Origin: an uncultured virus (IMG/VR IMGVR_UViG_3300023105_000006)
Lineage: Duplodnaviria > Heunggongvirae > Uroviricota > Caudoviricetes
Length of the DNA: 64,000 bases
Reading direction: 5' to 3' (one strand)
Virus record (IMG/VR): IMGVR_UViG_3300023105_000006
Shown one piece after another: positions 38,070 through 48,584 of the stretch. Both the position numbers and the translations under genes were made by a program. How positions within the stretch are numbered: the stretch's first letter is position 1; every line of letters begins with the position of its first letter. The notes beneath the pieces were generated by a model. That model ran no database searches, had not been told where the DNA came from, and saw only the letters and a list, made by a program, of their open reading frames with translations.

Positions 38070-38077
38070 TATTTATA
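38070..38077 (-). promoter_or_regulatory. T4-type late promoter TATAAATA
   Basis: Exact consensus upstream of gp3. Confidence 0.7.
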
Positions 38078-38082
38078 TCCTT

Positions 38083-38580
38083 TTAACTGAAAGCAAATCG
38101 TAGATCTTTAATTAATTCATCTACGTCTGATTCATTGGCTTGATATAGTAAACCAATTCCACCAGCAGCAATCCATTCTTTTATGTTGCTGGGTTTATCA
38201 TCTACCAAGATGTTTGGTTCTCCAGAGAACATCTCATTTGCAAACTTATGCTTATCACGAGTAAAGATAAGATTAGGTATCTCTGGCATAAAGCCATGAC
38301 GTTCTAACCATACACGTTTCCAATAAGATGAATTATGATCATCTCCTGAAATAGGAGAAGAGCAGATACCATAATCTCGTCCAGCTATCTTACGACAGGT
38401 CTCTACTAACTTAGCTGAAGTATCAAATGGTTCAAGTGTATTAAACCAATTTGTATTCTTTAGACTTTCAACATTAGACTGGGGATCCTCAAGATCTTTC
38501 CAATGACTAACATTAAATTTCTTTTCAAAACCACCAAAGAAGTCAGCAATGACTCCATCCATATCCAAAAATAATTTCAT
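38083..38580 (-). CDS. HAD 5'(3')-deoxyribonucleotidase-like
   Basis: FLDMDGVIADF, ILVDD, W..AGGIG. Confidence 0.85.
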   Translation of the reverse strand: MKLFLDMDGVIADFFGGFEKKFNVSHWKDLEDPQSNVESLKNTNWFNTLEPFDTSAKLVETCRKIAGRDYGICSSPISGDDHNSSYWKRVWLERHGFMPEIPNLIFTRDKHKFANEMFSGEPNILVDDKPSNIKEWIAAGGIGLLYQANESDVDELIKDLRFAFS

Positions 38581-38588
38581 TTAACCTC

Positions 38589-38729
38589 CTATGCTACTTT
38601 TTCACGAAAGATTTTATTAAGAAGCCTTAACTGAGCTTCTTCTGTAGAACCATGGAACAACCAATTGAGATCTAGGTGTACACCATTATCTTCTAACAAT
38701 TGAATCATATCTTTTACTTTATTAGTCAT
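38589..38729 (-). CDS. Small hypothetical protein, 46 aa (not in ORF track)
   Basis: AAGGAG RBS; MTNKVKDMIQLLEDNGVHLDLNWLFHGSTEEAQLRLLNKIFREKVA*. Confidence 0.6.
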   Translation of the reverse strand: MTNKVKDMIQLLEDNGVHLDLNWLFHGSTEEAQLRLLNKIFREKVA

Positions 38730-38739
38730 TATATACTCC

Positions 38740-38973
38740 TTACGAAAAATATTCATCTACAAGAACTTCGAAACACTCATAGAGATAATCCATTGAATAG
38801 AAATCTCCAAGATCTAAACAAAGATCTGCATCAACAAAATTCCAATTAAGACCACCTGAAGAATTGATATTTTCAGAATTATTAACTGCTTTATCAAAAG
38901 CTTCGATTACGTCTGCTTTGATTGCTGATCCATTTTCTAAGTGTACGATTCTTGACATTTTGTTTCCTTTCAT
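38740..38973 (-). CDS. Hypothetical early protein (start probably 38958)
   Basis: Follows an early promoter; NWNFVDAD motif. Confidence 0.65.
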   Translation of the reverse strand: MKGNKMSRIVHLENGSAIKADVIEAFDKAVNNSENINSSGGLNWNFVDADLCLDLGDFYSMDYLYECFEVLVDEYFS

Positions 38974-38977
38974 CTTA

Positions 38978-39013
38978 TATTAATAATATAGGGCATAATG
39001 AATCAAATGTCAA
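38978..39013 (-). promoter_or_regulatory. Early sigma70-type promoter
   Basis: TTGACA-17nt-TATATT-ATTAATAT. Confidence 0.75.
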
Positions 39014-39065
39014 CGGTTATTTTCATTTTAAATGCATTTTTGTTTTGTTAGAAATCAATAGGTTA

Positions 39066-39091
39066 TAAAAAAAGGGCGCCGAAGCGCCCTA
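39066..39091 (-). terminator. Terminator after the major capsid gene
   Basis: AGGGCGC-TTCG-GCGCCCT-TTTTTT, cUUCGg tetraloop. Confidence 0.85.
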
Positions 39092-39116
39092 AAGTTTTTC
39101 CGAAAACTCTTGATTC

Positions 39117-40460
39117 TTATGTCAAGATGTTGTCAACACGGAAGATTCTGTAGTACTGGTTGGTTTTTGCTGTTGCAAGACCATCTGCAGGTGCTGAACC
39201 TACGAATGGGTTTGACGCCATGCCATAACGAGTTTTGAACCCGATACGTGGCTGGAAGTCATTCTCACCAACTGCACGGACCATTGTTAGTGGTACGTAT
39301 GGGCAGTAGAATACACCGGCGTCATATGGGTTAGTACCCTTATAACCAACGTTGATGTAATCACCAGTTGCATATGGATCGATGTATACACGAATACGAC
39401 CGTTAAGAACACCAGCAAATGTGTTGCCTGTGTCGTCAACGTTTAGGTTTGTATTCAATGCTGGGCTATAGTCCAACATGCCAGAAGCGGCTAGAGCACT
39501 TGCAACATCTGATGAACAGATGATGAAGTTACCTTTACCACGGCGTGTTTCTTTTGCGATTACGTTTGCTTCGCGATCAAGTTGTACACCTAGACCTTTG
39601 AACTTCTCAGCTGACCAACGACCATCTGCGTCTGATGATAGGTCAAAGATACCTTTGACTGTTACGTTAGCTTGCTGAGCACCAGTTTTTGCTTGACCGT
39701 TGATTGTACGAATTACTTCGCGGTTGATCTCTGCCAAGATTTCTGTTGACAAGATGTTTGCCAACTCTGTCTCTGCATCAAGACCATGAATTGCTTTCAA
39801 GTCTTGTGCTAGTTCTAGTGTGTACTCTGCTTTCAACGCACGTGACTTCGCTGTAACAGTTGCTTTTTCAATGGTGAAACCCATTTCTGCAAATGCTTCA
39901 CCTGTGTTACCAAGTGCTTCAGCTTCAGCTGTTTCGTATGCGTCACCTGCATAAGGTGCTGAACGATCAGAGTCAATTGTGTTTGGATCATTAGCATTTG
40001 CTAGACCGGATAGACCTGATGGGCCATTTGCACCGTTACCAGTTGTTGCTGAGTCACCTGAATAGCCAACTGCTGCTTCGTTGAATAGTGCTTCATCACC
40101 ATTCGCAACACCAGCTTTAGATGTTTTGTAGCGTGACTTCATTGCGAAGATCAAGCCTGTTGGACCTGTCATTGGCTGAACACCACATACGTCATATGCC
40201 ATCATGTTTGGCATTGCGCGGCGAACCAATGAGATAAGGATTGGGTTCCAGTTAGCACCAGTTACACCTTGTGATGCACCTGTTACTCCAGCATTAGAGT
40301 TAGCTGCTGTTTCTAGCAAGCCTTGCTCTTGCAATGCTTTTTCTGTGTTCTCCAGAACGACTGCAGTTACGGCACGCTTGTGTGCGTCCTTAACCAAACC
40401 TGCAGTTTCTTCGTTCAATACCGGAGACCATTTCTCTACGAGACGATCATAAGTTTCCAT
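39117..40460 (-). CDS. gp23: Major capsid protein
   Basis: VCGVQPMTGPTGLIFAM, SRALKAEYTLELAQDLKAIHGLDAE, FQPRIGFKTRYG. Confidence 0.98.
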   Translation of the reverse strand: METYDRLVEKWSPVLNEETAGLVKDAHKRAVTAVVLENTEKALQEQGLLETAANSNAGVTGASQGVTGANWNPILISLVRRAMPNMMAYDVCGVQPMTGPTGLIFAMKSRYKTSKAGVANGDEALFNEAAVGYSGDSATTGNGANGPSGLSGLANANDPNTIDSDRSAPYAGDAYETAEAEALGNTGEAFAEMGFTIEKATVTAKSRALKAEYTLELAQDLKAIHGLDAETELANILSTEILAEINREVIRTINGQAKTGAQQANVTVKGIFDLSSDADGRWSAEKFKGLGVQLDREANVIAKETRRGKGNFIICSSDVASALAASGMLDYSPALNTNLNVDDTGNTFAGVLNGRIRVYIDPYATGDYINVGYKGTNPYDAGVFYCPYVPLTMVRAVGENDFQPRIGFKTRYGMASNPFVGSAPADGLATAKTNQYYRIFRVDNILT

Positions 40461-40475
40461 TATAGGATCTCCTAC

Positions 40476-41528
40476 TTACTTGTTTGTTTTTCTTAGGGCG
40501 TTTACGTAAGCCGCCATTGAATCTGATACTTCTGTTGTATCACCTTCATCTTCTTCCTCGGGATCCCCAAGGTCGATAGCAGCAGTTGTTTTCTTAGCAA
40601 AGTATGATTCTTTGATTGTAGCTACTTTCTTTGCGAAAGTTTCTTCATCTTCGAAATCTACCTTTTCAACCAAATCAGCAAGCTTTTCAACTTGAGTTTC
40701 TGCTAGGTCTTTTGAAGCTTCACGAATGATAGCTGCACGCTTTAGAGTTTCAAGCTCTTCCGCAAGATCTAGAGATTTTTTCATTGCTGTGTTGAACTGC
40801 TCTTCTAGTTCTTCATTGGCTGTTGCTAGTTCGTCAACTAGGTCAACTTTGGATTCTGGGACTTCAATGTAGGACTCAGTGAATAGATCTTTCATCTTAT
40901 TCATAAAGCCTTCTGCAATCTCGGTACGTAGACCAGTTTGAATTGCTACTTTGTTGTCTTCCATCCATTGCTCAACCACATAGTTGAGGTAGCTGTCAAC
41001 TTTCTCAACAAGATCTTCTTTAGTTGCTTTAATTTCAGAATCTAGTTCTTCTTTATAAGCTTCTTCCAAACGATCGATTTCTTCAGAAAGTTTTGATTTC
41101 AGAGCCGCTTCAAAAATAACAGCTGTTTTAGCTTTAAAGTCTTCTGACAATGTTGCTTCAGATTCAACCAACGCGTCTAGTTCACCATTGTAGTCATATG
41201 ATACTTCAGGTGACTCTGCAATCACTTCGTCGTCAAGATCAGATAGATCGACGTCTTCTCCCATTAATTTAGACAATGCAACACGAAGATCTTCTTTCTT
41301 CATGCGTGACATTTGTTCATATGCAGCGTTGATCATTCCAGCTTTAGTTTTGATCTTTTGCATAGGTTCAGAGTTTTTCTTATCTCCCTTGCGTGCCTTT
41401 GCACGAGGGCCTTTGTCTTCTGCTGAATCCACAGAGGCAATAGATTGCGCTTCTGCATTTTTAGGATCATGAGCCTCTTCGATTTCCTCTTCGAGCTCAA
41501 CATCCTGTTCTTGGATTTGATCAGTCAT
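40476..41528 (-). CDS. gp22: Prohead core scaffolding protein
   Basis: Acidic coiled coil, LSEDFKAK..IFEAA, YLNYVVEQW. Confidence 0.9.
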   Translation of the reverse strand: MTDQIQEQDVELEEEIEEAHDPKNAEAQSIASVDSAEDKGPRAKARKGDKKNSEPMQKIKTKAGMINAAYEQMSRMKKEDLRVALSKLMGEDVDLSDLDDEVIAESPEVSYDYNGELDALVESEATLSEDFKAKTAVIFEAALKSKLSEEIDRLEEAYKEELDSEIKATKEDLVEKVDSYLNYVVEQWMEDNKVAIQTGLRTEIAEGFMNKMKDLFTESYIEVPESKVDLVDELATANEELEEQFNTAMKKSLDLAEELETLKRAAIIREASKDLAETQVEKLADLVEKVDFEDEETFAKKVATIKESYFAKKTTAAIDLGDPEEEDEGDTTEVSDSMAAYVNALRKTNK

Positions 41529-41543
41529 GTTTGACTCCCATCT

Positions 41544-42200
41544 TTAGTTGGATTTCAATTTTGAGAGGAAATTCTTATACTCACGAACTTGCGTTTCATA
41601 AAGATCCGCACGTGGAGCACGTTTAATTTCAGTCTCTATTTTTTCAATTTCTTGAGCAGTAATAACGCCATTGTTCCAGATCCATTCTACACCTTCCATA
41701 ACACCATTTACAAAAGCTTCCGGTGCAGATGGGTCTTGTACGATATCAACCGTATTAAGAACAAAGTCATCCTTTACATACATGGTTCCACCACGACGCT
41801 CAAGGCTACCCATACCACGAGTTGAGACACCTAATTGAACACCACCCTCAAGCAAACCTTTTACAATGTTGCCCATTGGAGTATCCAAAATTCGTGCCTT
41901 TCCCATAACATTATTACCTTCCATTTTTAGATCGGTAATCTTATGAGAAACTTTATCTAAGTTAACAGTTGGTCCATCGGGGTGGTTTAATTCCCCTACC
42001 GCTCTGTCCTTAGAAACCTGTTCATTGACGTATTTACTTACAGCACCTTCTAAGATACTTTTAGGATAGATACGTCCATTTCGGTTCTTAGATTCGGCCA
42101 TTGCAAATACACCTTCGATGACGTGATTCTTAGATCCGTCCTCTTTCTTTTCGACGATGCACTGAACATCAGTTTCAGTATATTCGGTAATTAGCTTCAT
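41544..42200 (-). CDS. gp21: Prohead protease
   Basis: NRNGRIYP, GELNHP, GVSTRGMGS, DPSAPEA. Confidence 0.95.
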   Translation of the reverse strand: MKLITEYTETDVQCIVEKKEDGSKNHVIEGVFAMAESKNRNGRIYPKSILEGAVSKYVNEQVSKDRAVGELNHPDGPTVNLDKVSHKITDLKMEGNNVMGKARILDTPMGNIVKGLLEGGVQLGVSTRGMGSLERRGGTMYVKDDFVLNTVDIVQDPSAPEAFVNGVMEGVEWIWNNGVITAQEIEKIETEIKRAPRADLYETQVREYKNFLSKLKSN

Positions 42201-42416
42201 CTATCTTCCTAACTGTTTTATAAATTCATTACCCATTTTCTCTGCTTCTCGCTGAGAACGATAAGTTTCAAGTTTGTCACCATCAATATAAACATCAAAT
42301 TTCCCTTGATGCTTGTGAATCATCATTTTATATTTGCCAACCTTTTTATCAAAAACATGTTCACCAGGTGGCATTTTCTTAACACGTTCTCTAATGGATT
42401 TAAAACTTAAATTCAT
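42201..42416 (-). CDS. Small prohead-core protein (gp68 position)
   Basis: Synteny; late promoter at 42432-42439. Confidence 0.5.
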   Translation of the reverse strand: MNLSFKSIRERVKKMPPGEHVFDKKVGKYKMMIHKHQGKFDVYIDGDKLETYRSQREAEKMGNEFIKQLGR

Positions 42417-42431
42417 ATTAACACTTTTCTT

Positions 42432-42439
42432 TATTTATA
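42432..42439 (-). promoter_or_regulatory. T4-type late promoter TATAAATA
   Basis: Exact consensus. Confidence 0.7.
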
Positions 42440-42461
42440 CATTTAAATATTTTGGGTAATA

Positions 42462-42779
42462 TTATGATTCTTTATTGTCAAATTCGTACTCAGTATACTC
42501 ATCATCTAATTCATCAATAGCAGCTTCGATCTCTTCGTCAGTAACGTCATCAACTTCATCATCACTCATTTCAAGATCTTGTTCTGCTTCTGTATCGTCT
42601 GTAGCTGGTTCTTCAATTTCTACTGCATTTCCGTCATTATAAATTTCTGCCGCTACATTAATTTTTTCTTGTTCCAAAGCATCATTCATTTTGCTTTGAA
42701 TAATATCAGTAAACATAGGCCCAGCTTTGCTGAAGTCTTGGTCAACTACATTATTAATTAGGTCTTCTATTGCGCTCAT
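42462..42779 (-). CDS. Acidic prohead-core protein (gp67 position)
   Basis: Very acidic; directly after the portal gene. Confidence 0.6.
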   Translation of the reverse strand: MSAIEDLINNVVDQDFSKAGPMFTDIIQSKMNDALEQEKINVAAEIYNDGNAVEIEEPATDDTEAEQDLEMSDDEVDDVTDEEIEAAIDELDDEYTEYEFDNKES

Positions 42780-44352
42780 AATCTGCTAAAGCTCCATCTT
42801 GCTGTGGTTGTTCATCTGGAATCGTATCTGATTCCTGATCCTGTTCAGGTTCTTCATCTGTTGGAATATCACCTGATTGTTGTTCTTGAGCCATCTGATC
42901 TTTCATTTGTTTTAAATCATCATCATCTAGCTGCAAGATATTTTTCATTACCCATTCTTTAGAGAAGAACTCTCCAACATACTGTTGTACATTATCAAGA
43001 GTTTGTAATCTATTTTGTAATATCTCTGCATCTTTTAATTCAGTAAAGTGATTATCTCTTACATAATCAACTACAATATCATTTTTCCACTTTTCCCAAT
43101 CCTCTTCTACAATGATGCCTTTCATAAGCAATTGTTTTTTGAGAATTTCAGTAAATAACATTGAGAAACGATTTCTTAATCTATCAATAAACTTCTGAAA
43201 CTTTACTTCATCTCTAGTAATCTCTGTAGATCTACCTAAACTAAACTGAGCTTCCTGTTCCAATCTATTAATAGGCACATTAAGACTTTTATATAGCTTC
43301 TTTTGAAAATATAGGATATCATCAATTTGGCCAAGGTTTTCACCTCCAGGTAAGGTGGAGATCTCTGTGCCTCTTCCACCCTCTCTACGAGGAAGCCAAA
43401 AGTCTTCCAGCATAGACATATGTTTACGATCGTCTCTTACCTTACCGGTGTCAGCATCATATACTAGTTTATTACGGTAACGAGCCATAATATCTTTCAT
43501 ATATGTTTCTGCTTTACCACGGGGAAGGTTACCAACATCAATATAGAAGATACGTCTTTCAGGTGCTCGAGCTAGTCTATAAATGACTAACGAGTCTTCC
43601 ATCATACGTAATTGGTTTACTGGTTTTAATGCTTTATGTAGAAATGAAATTACTTTCTTTCTATCAACATCTAATAGGCCCGATGTTACATATGATACCG
43701 AGTCATTTGATAATTTTATACCGCCCGACATACCACCTGGCTTCTCTTGATAGATGTAAAATTCATTTACATTCTCAACAAGGTTTGCACCGGTAACCGG
43801 ATCTTTCTTTTTCTTTATCTCTTTTACTTTACGAATCTTGGAAGCATCAATAGGACGAATCTCTTGAATACCCGCCTTGAGATTATTTTCATCAACTACA
43901 AGATGATGATATATTCTACCGTCAATATACCAGCGTCTAAAGATATCATGTCCAAGATCTTTAAAGTTTAACATTGATACTACATTTTCAAATTCATCAT
44001 TAATTTGTTTTTTTACTGAATCACTAATGTCATCAACATGATCTAATGTAAGTGAAACAGGAGATTCTCCTGCTTGAGAGGTAATTGATTCATTTACAAT
44101 ATCCTCAATAGCTGCATCTACTTCGGGGTGTATTGATGTAGCTCTATATTGTCTAATATTTTGATGGTTATCCTTGGCATGATCACCCTCGCCAAGATTA
44201 ACATAAGTGCCGTAATGAGTTCCAGCAGCCGTAACATAGCCTGCTCCATCCTGATCAACAGGTGGTACAACGGATTGCATTTTCTCCGCTTGCTTATTGC
44301 GAGCACGTTTTATTTCAAATCCAAATAATTTAAGTCCTTCAGTCTCAGCCAT
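42754..44352 (-). CDS. gp20: Portal protein
   Basis: WYIDGR, NQLRMMEDSLVIYRLARAPERRIFYIDVGN, EDFWLPRREGGRGTEI; start at MAETEG. Confidence 0.97.
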   Translation of the reverse strand: MAETEGLKLFGFEIKRARNKQAEKMQSVVPPVDQDGAGYVTAAGTHYGTYVNLGEGDHAKDNHQNIRQYRATSIHPEVDAAIEDIVNESITSQAGESPVSLTLDHVDDISDSVKKQINDEFENVVSMLNFKDLGHDIFRRWYIDGRIYHHLVVDENNLKAGIQEIRPIDASKIRKVKEIKKKKDPVTGANLVENVNEFYIYQEKPGGMSGGIKLSNDSVSYVTSGLLDVDRKKVISFLHKALKPVNQLRMMEDSLVIYRLARAPERRIFYIDVGNLPRGKAETYMKDIMARYRNKLVYDADTGKVRDDRKHMSMLEDFWLPRREGGRGTEISTLPGGENLGQIDDILYFQKKLYKSLNVPINRLEQEAQFSLGRSTEITRDEVKFQKFIDRLRNRFSMLFTEILKKQLLMKGIIVEEDWEKWKNDIVVDYVRDNHFTELKDAEILQNRLQTLDNVQQYVGEFFSKEWVMKNILQLDDDDLKQMKDQMAQEQQSGDIPTDEEPEQDQESDTIPDEQPQQDGALADYERNRRPN

Positions 44353-44373
44353 ACTAGTTCTCGTAATTAAGTT

Positions 44374-44397
44374 AAGGAGAGCCCGTAGGCTCTCCAA
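44374..44397 (-). terminator. Intergenic hairpin between gp19 and gp20
   Basis: GGAGAGCC-TACG-GGCTCTCC with cUACGg loop; weak U-tract. Confidence 0.55.
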
Positions 44398-44407
44398 TTA
44401 TATTTAT

Positions 44408-44935
44408 TTAGGTAGTTGTACCTGATTCCCAGTATTGTACTTGGAACTCAACCTGGAATCTCTCAATGTCATTCTCTAGACCATACGCTAGATCAATTTG
44501 AGAAATCGCTGTTGGAAAACAACCTCTAAAGTTATATGTCTTTAGTGTGTTACCATCTTTGCCAAGTTGTTCAACTACAAGATCCGCTTCGTAATCAACA
44601 GGATTTGTTAGACCAGTATTTGCTGAGTGAGCATTCATACCATTCATCCAACGCTCCATTGCGTTACGAACATTAAAGTCTGTATCGTTAATGATAGTAG
44701 GTGTCCATACATCGAACACACGATCACCATTGAACTTTACTTGACGACCACGGAAAGGAACAATAATTGTACCTGTTGTAGAAGCAGGCAATGCTGCTGC
44801 TTCACATAGGAATGATGTTAATTCAACATCTCCACCTGCATAGCCAGGAAAATTAATAGTGGCTTTAAATAGATTTGGTCTAGCGCCACCACCACGCATT
44901 TTGGCTTTAAAATCATCTACGCCTAAAACTGCCAT
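44408..44935 (-). CDS. gp19: Tail tube protein
   Basis: GGARPNLF, PFRGRQVKFNGDR, AMERW, FPTAIS. Confidence 0.93.
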   Translation of the reverse strand: MAVLGVDDFKAKMRGGGARPNLFKATINFPGYAGGDVELTSFLCEAAALPASTTGTIIVPFRGRQVKFNGDRVFDVWTPTIINDTDFNVRNAMERWMNGMNAHSANTGLTNPVDYEADLVVEQLGKDGNTLKTYNFRGCFPTAISQIDLAYGLENDIERFQVEFQVQYWESGTTT

Positions 44936-44949
44936 CTGTTATACCCTCC

Positions 44950-46557
44950 TTATACCGAAAGACCAGCGACTTCTTCGAAGTCAACGCCGGTTCTTACTGC
45001 AACAAAATTAAGGGTGATGTAGTTGATAGAACGAGCAGGTTTAATGAAGATATTTGCAATAAATTCATTTCTGTCGATAATATCGGGTGTATTATTTGTT
45101 TCATCGCACACGACTCTAAAGTCTGTTATACCTCTACGCCCCTTGATCTCTCTTAGGAATGGTTCTACGATGTTAACAAATTCAGCTCTTGTAAACTCAT
45201 CGTTAAGTTCGAAGAGTGTATTACGAGCAGCCAAACCGATCGCTCTTTCAATTACCACAAATAGTCTACGCACATTGATTCTATCAAACGCTGAAGGTCT
45301 ATTTAGGTGTGTTTTATCACCATATAGTAAAATACCTTGACCAGGTAGATTAGCAATTGGGTTTACTCCAGCTTTATACAAAGTATCTCTTTGTGCTTTA
45401 GTTGGGGTATATGCTAGGTTAGTCACACCAAAGTATTGACCTCTGCGAACACCTGCTGGTGAGTACCATGGAGCATTGTCATTGTCAGATGCTGCCATAA
45501 TACCTGCAGTAGATGATGCAGCTGGAATGTAGACATAAGTATCGTTATACTTATCATATACTTTTAACCAGTTGTTATCAACGATTAGGTAGCTTGACCA
45601 ATCCATTGCATTTGTTTCTGCTGTTGTTGCAGTTACGGGATCTGCGTTATTAATAACGTTTTCAGATGCTGGTGATGCCACAACTACACAATCCTTGCGT
45701 GTTTCTGCAATACGAACTAGTTCATCAGTAATAGTAGCATTTGTTGCTGTAGTACCTGAACCTGGTGCGATTAAGAAATCAACTGTGATTGTGTCCTTGT
45801 CTTCAAATACAGAAGCTGCTGATACGAAATCAGAAGCACCTGCAGGTGATCCATCTGCTCCTGATGCCAATGACCAATCCCCTGAATCAAGGCCACCCGC
45901 AACACGAACCCAATTGGATCCTCTGTTGACAACGTCCTTAACATAGTTTGATGAGCCATCTGTATTTGTTGCTGCAGAATCATCTTCTACAAATGCAAAT
46001 CTTTCTAGTACAGTACCTGCGGTACCTGTGATTACACCATCTTCATCAAGCACAAGAACATGACGTTCTGTGCCTGTAGGTGCACCATCAAAATTAGCCT
46101 TATAGGGCCAGTTGGCCCAACCAGTTGAACCTGTAGCCACAACTCTTAGTGAGTTGCCTACGGCTCCTGGATATTTTGCAAAGATTCTGTTATCAGAATC
46201 CATTGTGTAACTTGAGTTGTTTTCCCAATGCTCGTTATTCTTAATTAGAGTTGCTGTACCACCTGAGTTAACTGAGTTCGCAGCTGTTGCGTCAACAACT
46301 CGTGTAACCTGTAGTGAATTAGCATATCTTAAAAAATTAGCGGCAGATAGGAAATCAACATTTGTCGTCGCGCCTGGGGCTGCAAAGGTAGAAGCAAGAC
46401 CCGCCTCATTGCTTACTAGGGTCGCTTTTTCTACCGGTCCCCAGCGAAACTCACCCATGAATGCGCCAGTAGTAGATTGGACGTTTGGAACGCCACCAGT
46501 TAGATCTACTTCCTTGACGATTACAGCAGGTGATTCGGATGGAGCGAATATTGCCAT
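44950..46557 (-). CDS. gp18: Tail sheath protein (compact, 535 aa)
   Basis: SPAVIVKEVDLT, WGP, PWYSPAG, FDRINVRRLF, IKPARSINYITLNF. Confidence 0.95.
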   Translation of the reverse strand: MAIFAPSESPAVIVKEVDLTGGVPNVQSTTGAFMGEFRWGPVEKATLVSNEAGLASTFAAPGATTNVDFLSAANFLRYANSLQVTRVVDATAANSVNSGGTATLIKNNEHWENNSSYTMDSDNRIFAKYPGAVGNSLRVVATGSTGWANWPYKANFDGAPTGTERHVLVLDEDGVITGTAGTVLERFAFVEDDSAATNTDGSSNYVKDVVNRGSNWVRVAGGLDSGDWSLASGADGSPAGASDFVSAASVFEDKDTITVDFLIAPGSGTTATNATITDELVRIAETRKDCVVVASPASENVINNADPVTATTAETNAMDWSSYLIVDNNWLKVYDKYNDTYVYIPAASSTAGIMAASDNDNAPWYSPAGVRRGQYFGVTNLAYTPTKAQRDTLYKAGVNPIANLPGQGILLYGDKTHLNRPSAFDRINVRRLFVVIERAIGLAARNTLFELNDEFTRAEFVNIVEPFLREIKGRRGITDFRVVCDETNNTPDIIDRNEFIANIFIKPARSINYITLNFVAVRTGVDFEEVAGLSV

Positions 46558-46620
46558 ATGTTTCTTCCTTTTCCAGTAATCGAATTATAAGTTTTACATA
46601 ATACGGAATTCAATTACGTA

Positions 46621-46628
46621 TATTTATA
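46621..46628 (-). promoter_or_regulatory. T4-type late promoter TATAAATA
   Basis: Exact consensus upstream of gp18. Confidence 0.7.
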
Positions 46629-46639
46629 GTTTTATATAT

Positions 46640-48238
46640 TTAGTGAATATCTTCCCAGTCTGTCACAAATTGTTGTGTAGCCCAGACATCTCTTGCATCT
46701 TCCATTTCTGCATTTTCAATACCGTCATCAACAAATCCAAATGGTAAGACATCATCTTCAATTGCCTTCATTTGGTTCTTAAACATCATATCTTTAATGT
46801 TTACATCTGTTAATTGTAAAAAATAATCACCAATTGCAAAGTAAGCAAACATTACTAAATTCATCATTAGATCATCATGGTTGCCTTCTGATGCTTCATA
46901 TGATGTACCCTTAGATACAAACGTTGATACTTCTAATATAGTATGTTGATCTACTAATTCTAATTTTTTAGATTCAAGTAAGTCTTTAATTGCAGAACAT
47001 CCAATACGTTTTACCTTACGATTCATTTCAATACCAAGTCTATTGGCCTTAACTGTTGACTCAACATGTAGGTTCTCATATTCTAAATCATAATAAAGAC
47101 CATTACAAACAATTGTCCCTTGATCATTTGATTCTACTACTACCCAAGCATCATTGTAGAATTTTGCATACTTATATATAAGATTAGGGAAGAGTAATGG
47201 AGAGATAAGGTTATTGCGATATACAGCAACCTGTTTAAAGGGTCTAGTGCTAATATCGATTACATTAAAAGTAGAATAGTCCTGTCCTCTTCCTTTCGAA
47301 ACATCTACTGCCATTACATATTGATGGCCGGGTTCTGGGTCACTATAAATCCAGACACTATTTCCTTCTAAAAGTTTTTTATGGGGCATAGCTCTGAAAC
47401 TCATTAGAGTCTCAGCATTTATAAGCGTATCTCCCGTCCCAAAGAATGTATTACCAAACTCTTGGTCGAATTGCAATTGACTCGTGTTAGATATAGTTTG
47501 TTGTTTCCATTTATCATCACGACCAGGGACGTCCCACCAGTCAACTCTAAAGGACTTGAACTCGTTGACTTCTTGGACTGCACCTTCCCAGATTTTATGA
47601 AATTGATTACCGATCCCATTAGCTGTACTCGTAATTATTACTTTAGTTTCTGTACCAGATGAAATAACTGGATAGGTTGATGTATAGAACTCAGCTGCAT
47701 TTTCAACAAATGCAAACTCGTCAAGATATAGAAGATTAACAGACATACCACGAATAGATGAACCACTAGTGGCTGCTGATACAATTCTACTATTATTTGA
47801 AAATTCAATTGATCTTTTATTGAGGGCCTTACATCCTGGTTGTAAAAAGAATGGAAGATTCTCTAACATTAGAGTTACTCGTCCGAGCATCTCCTGGGCT
47901 GTAGCTCCTTTGTTGGCCAAAATCGCAATAACCTTCTCAGGATGAAATATCGCATACCAAAGTAGATAGGCAACAGAACTAATAGACTTACCAGACTGGC
48001 GACAAGCGAGTACAATGCTAAATCTATTGTTGGTGAAGTGATCAAACATATCCTCCTGATATGGATACAGTTGAAAATTTACTAAGCCCTTATCAACGTG
48101 AATAATCTTACAATACGTAGAAGCAAAGTATGATGGGTCTTTTAAACACTTTCTATATTCACTTACCTCATGGGCTGTAAAATTATGTAGAACACCATCT
48201 CTTTTAATATTTGCATTACCAAGGTAAGTGTCATTCAT
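46640..48238 (-). CDS. gp17: Terminase large subunit
   Basis: RQSGKS, LYLDEFAF, TSTANG, VDVSKGRGQDYS, HDDLMM. Confidence 0.96.
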   Translation of the reverse strand: MNDTYLGNANIKRDGVLHNFTAHEVSEYRKCLKDPSYFASTYCKIIHVDKGLVNFQLYPYQEDMFDHFTNNRFSIVLACRQSGKSISSVAYLLWYAIFHPEKVIAILANKGATAQEMLGRVTLMLENLPFFLQPGCKALNKRSIEFSNNSRIVSAATSGSSIRGMSVNLLYLDEFAFVENAAEFYTSTYPVISSGTETKVIITSTANGIGNQFHKIWEGAVQEVNEFKSFRVDWWDVPGRDDKWKQQTISNTSQLQFDQEFGNTFFGTGDTLINAETLMSFRAMPHKKLLEGNSVWIYSDPEPGHQYVMAVDVSKGRGQDYSTFNVIDISTRPFKQVAVYRNNLISPLLFPNLIYKYAKFYNDAWVVVESNDQGTIVCNGLYYDLEYENLHVESTVKANRLGIEMNRKVKRIGCSAIKDLLESKKLELVDQHTILEVSTFVSKGTSYEASEGNHDDLMMNLVMFAYFAIGDYFLQLTDVNIKDMMFKNQMKAIEDDVLPFGFVDDGIENAEMEDARDVWATQQFVTDWEDIH

Positions 48239-48584
48239 CTTTCTTGTAATCGCTAATGTCAACTACCTTATCCTCATCATTATCTAAAAGCATACGCTGT
48301 AAATCACTAGTAGAACCTATAAACACATTATTAGTAGTTTGATTGGCTAGTTCCGCCGGTTTATCTTCTTTATGATAATCTTTATGTTTTTTATGTAAAT
48401 CTAAAAGAGAGCCATTTATATCACCCATGTTCTTCATCATATTAGATAATACTTCAAATGCTCTTGGATGTTCTGTGGCTCTTGCAACATCCATCATATC
48501 ATCTAAAGCCTCAGATCCTTTTGCTAAGAGGTCATGATATATTCTCCTGGAATATTCAAAATCATTATCTGCTTTATCATTCAT
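48231..48584 (-). CDS. gp16: Terminase small subunit
   Basis: DFEYSR, HPRAFEV, NNVFIGSTSDLQ; start MNDKADND. Confidence 0.88.
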   Translation of the reverse strand: MNDKADNDFEYSRRIYHDLLAKGSEALDDMMDVARATEHPRAFEVLSNMMKNMGDINGSLLDLHKKHKDYHKEDKPAELANQTTNNVFIGSTSDLQRMLLDNDEDKVVDISDYKKDE

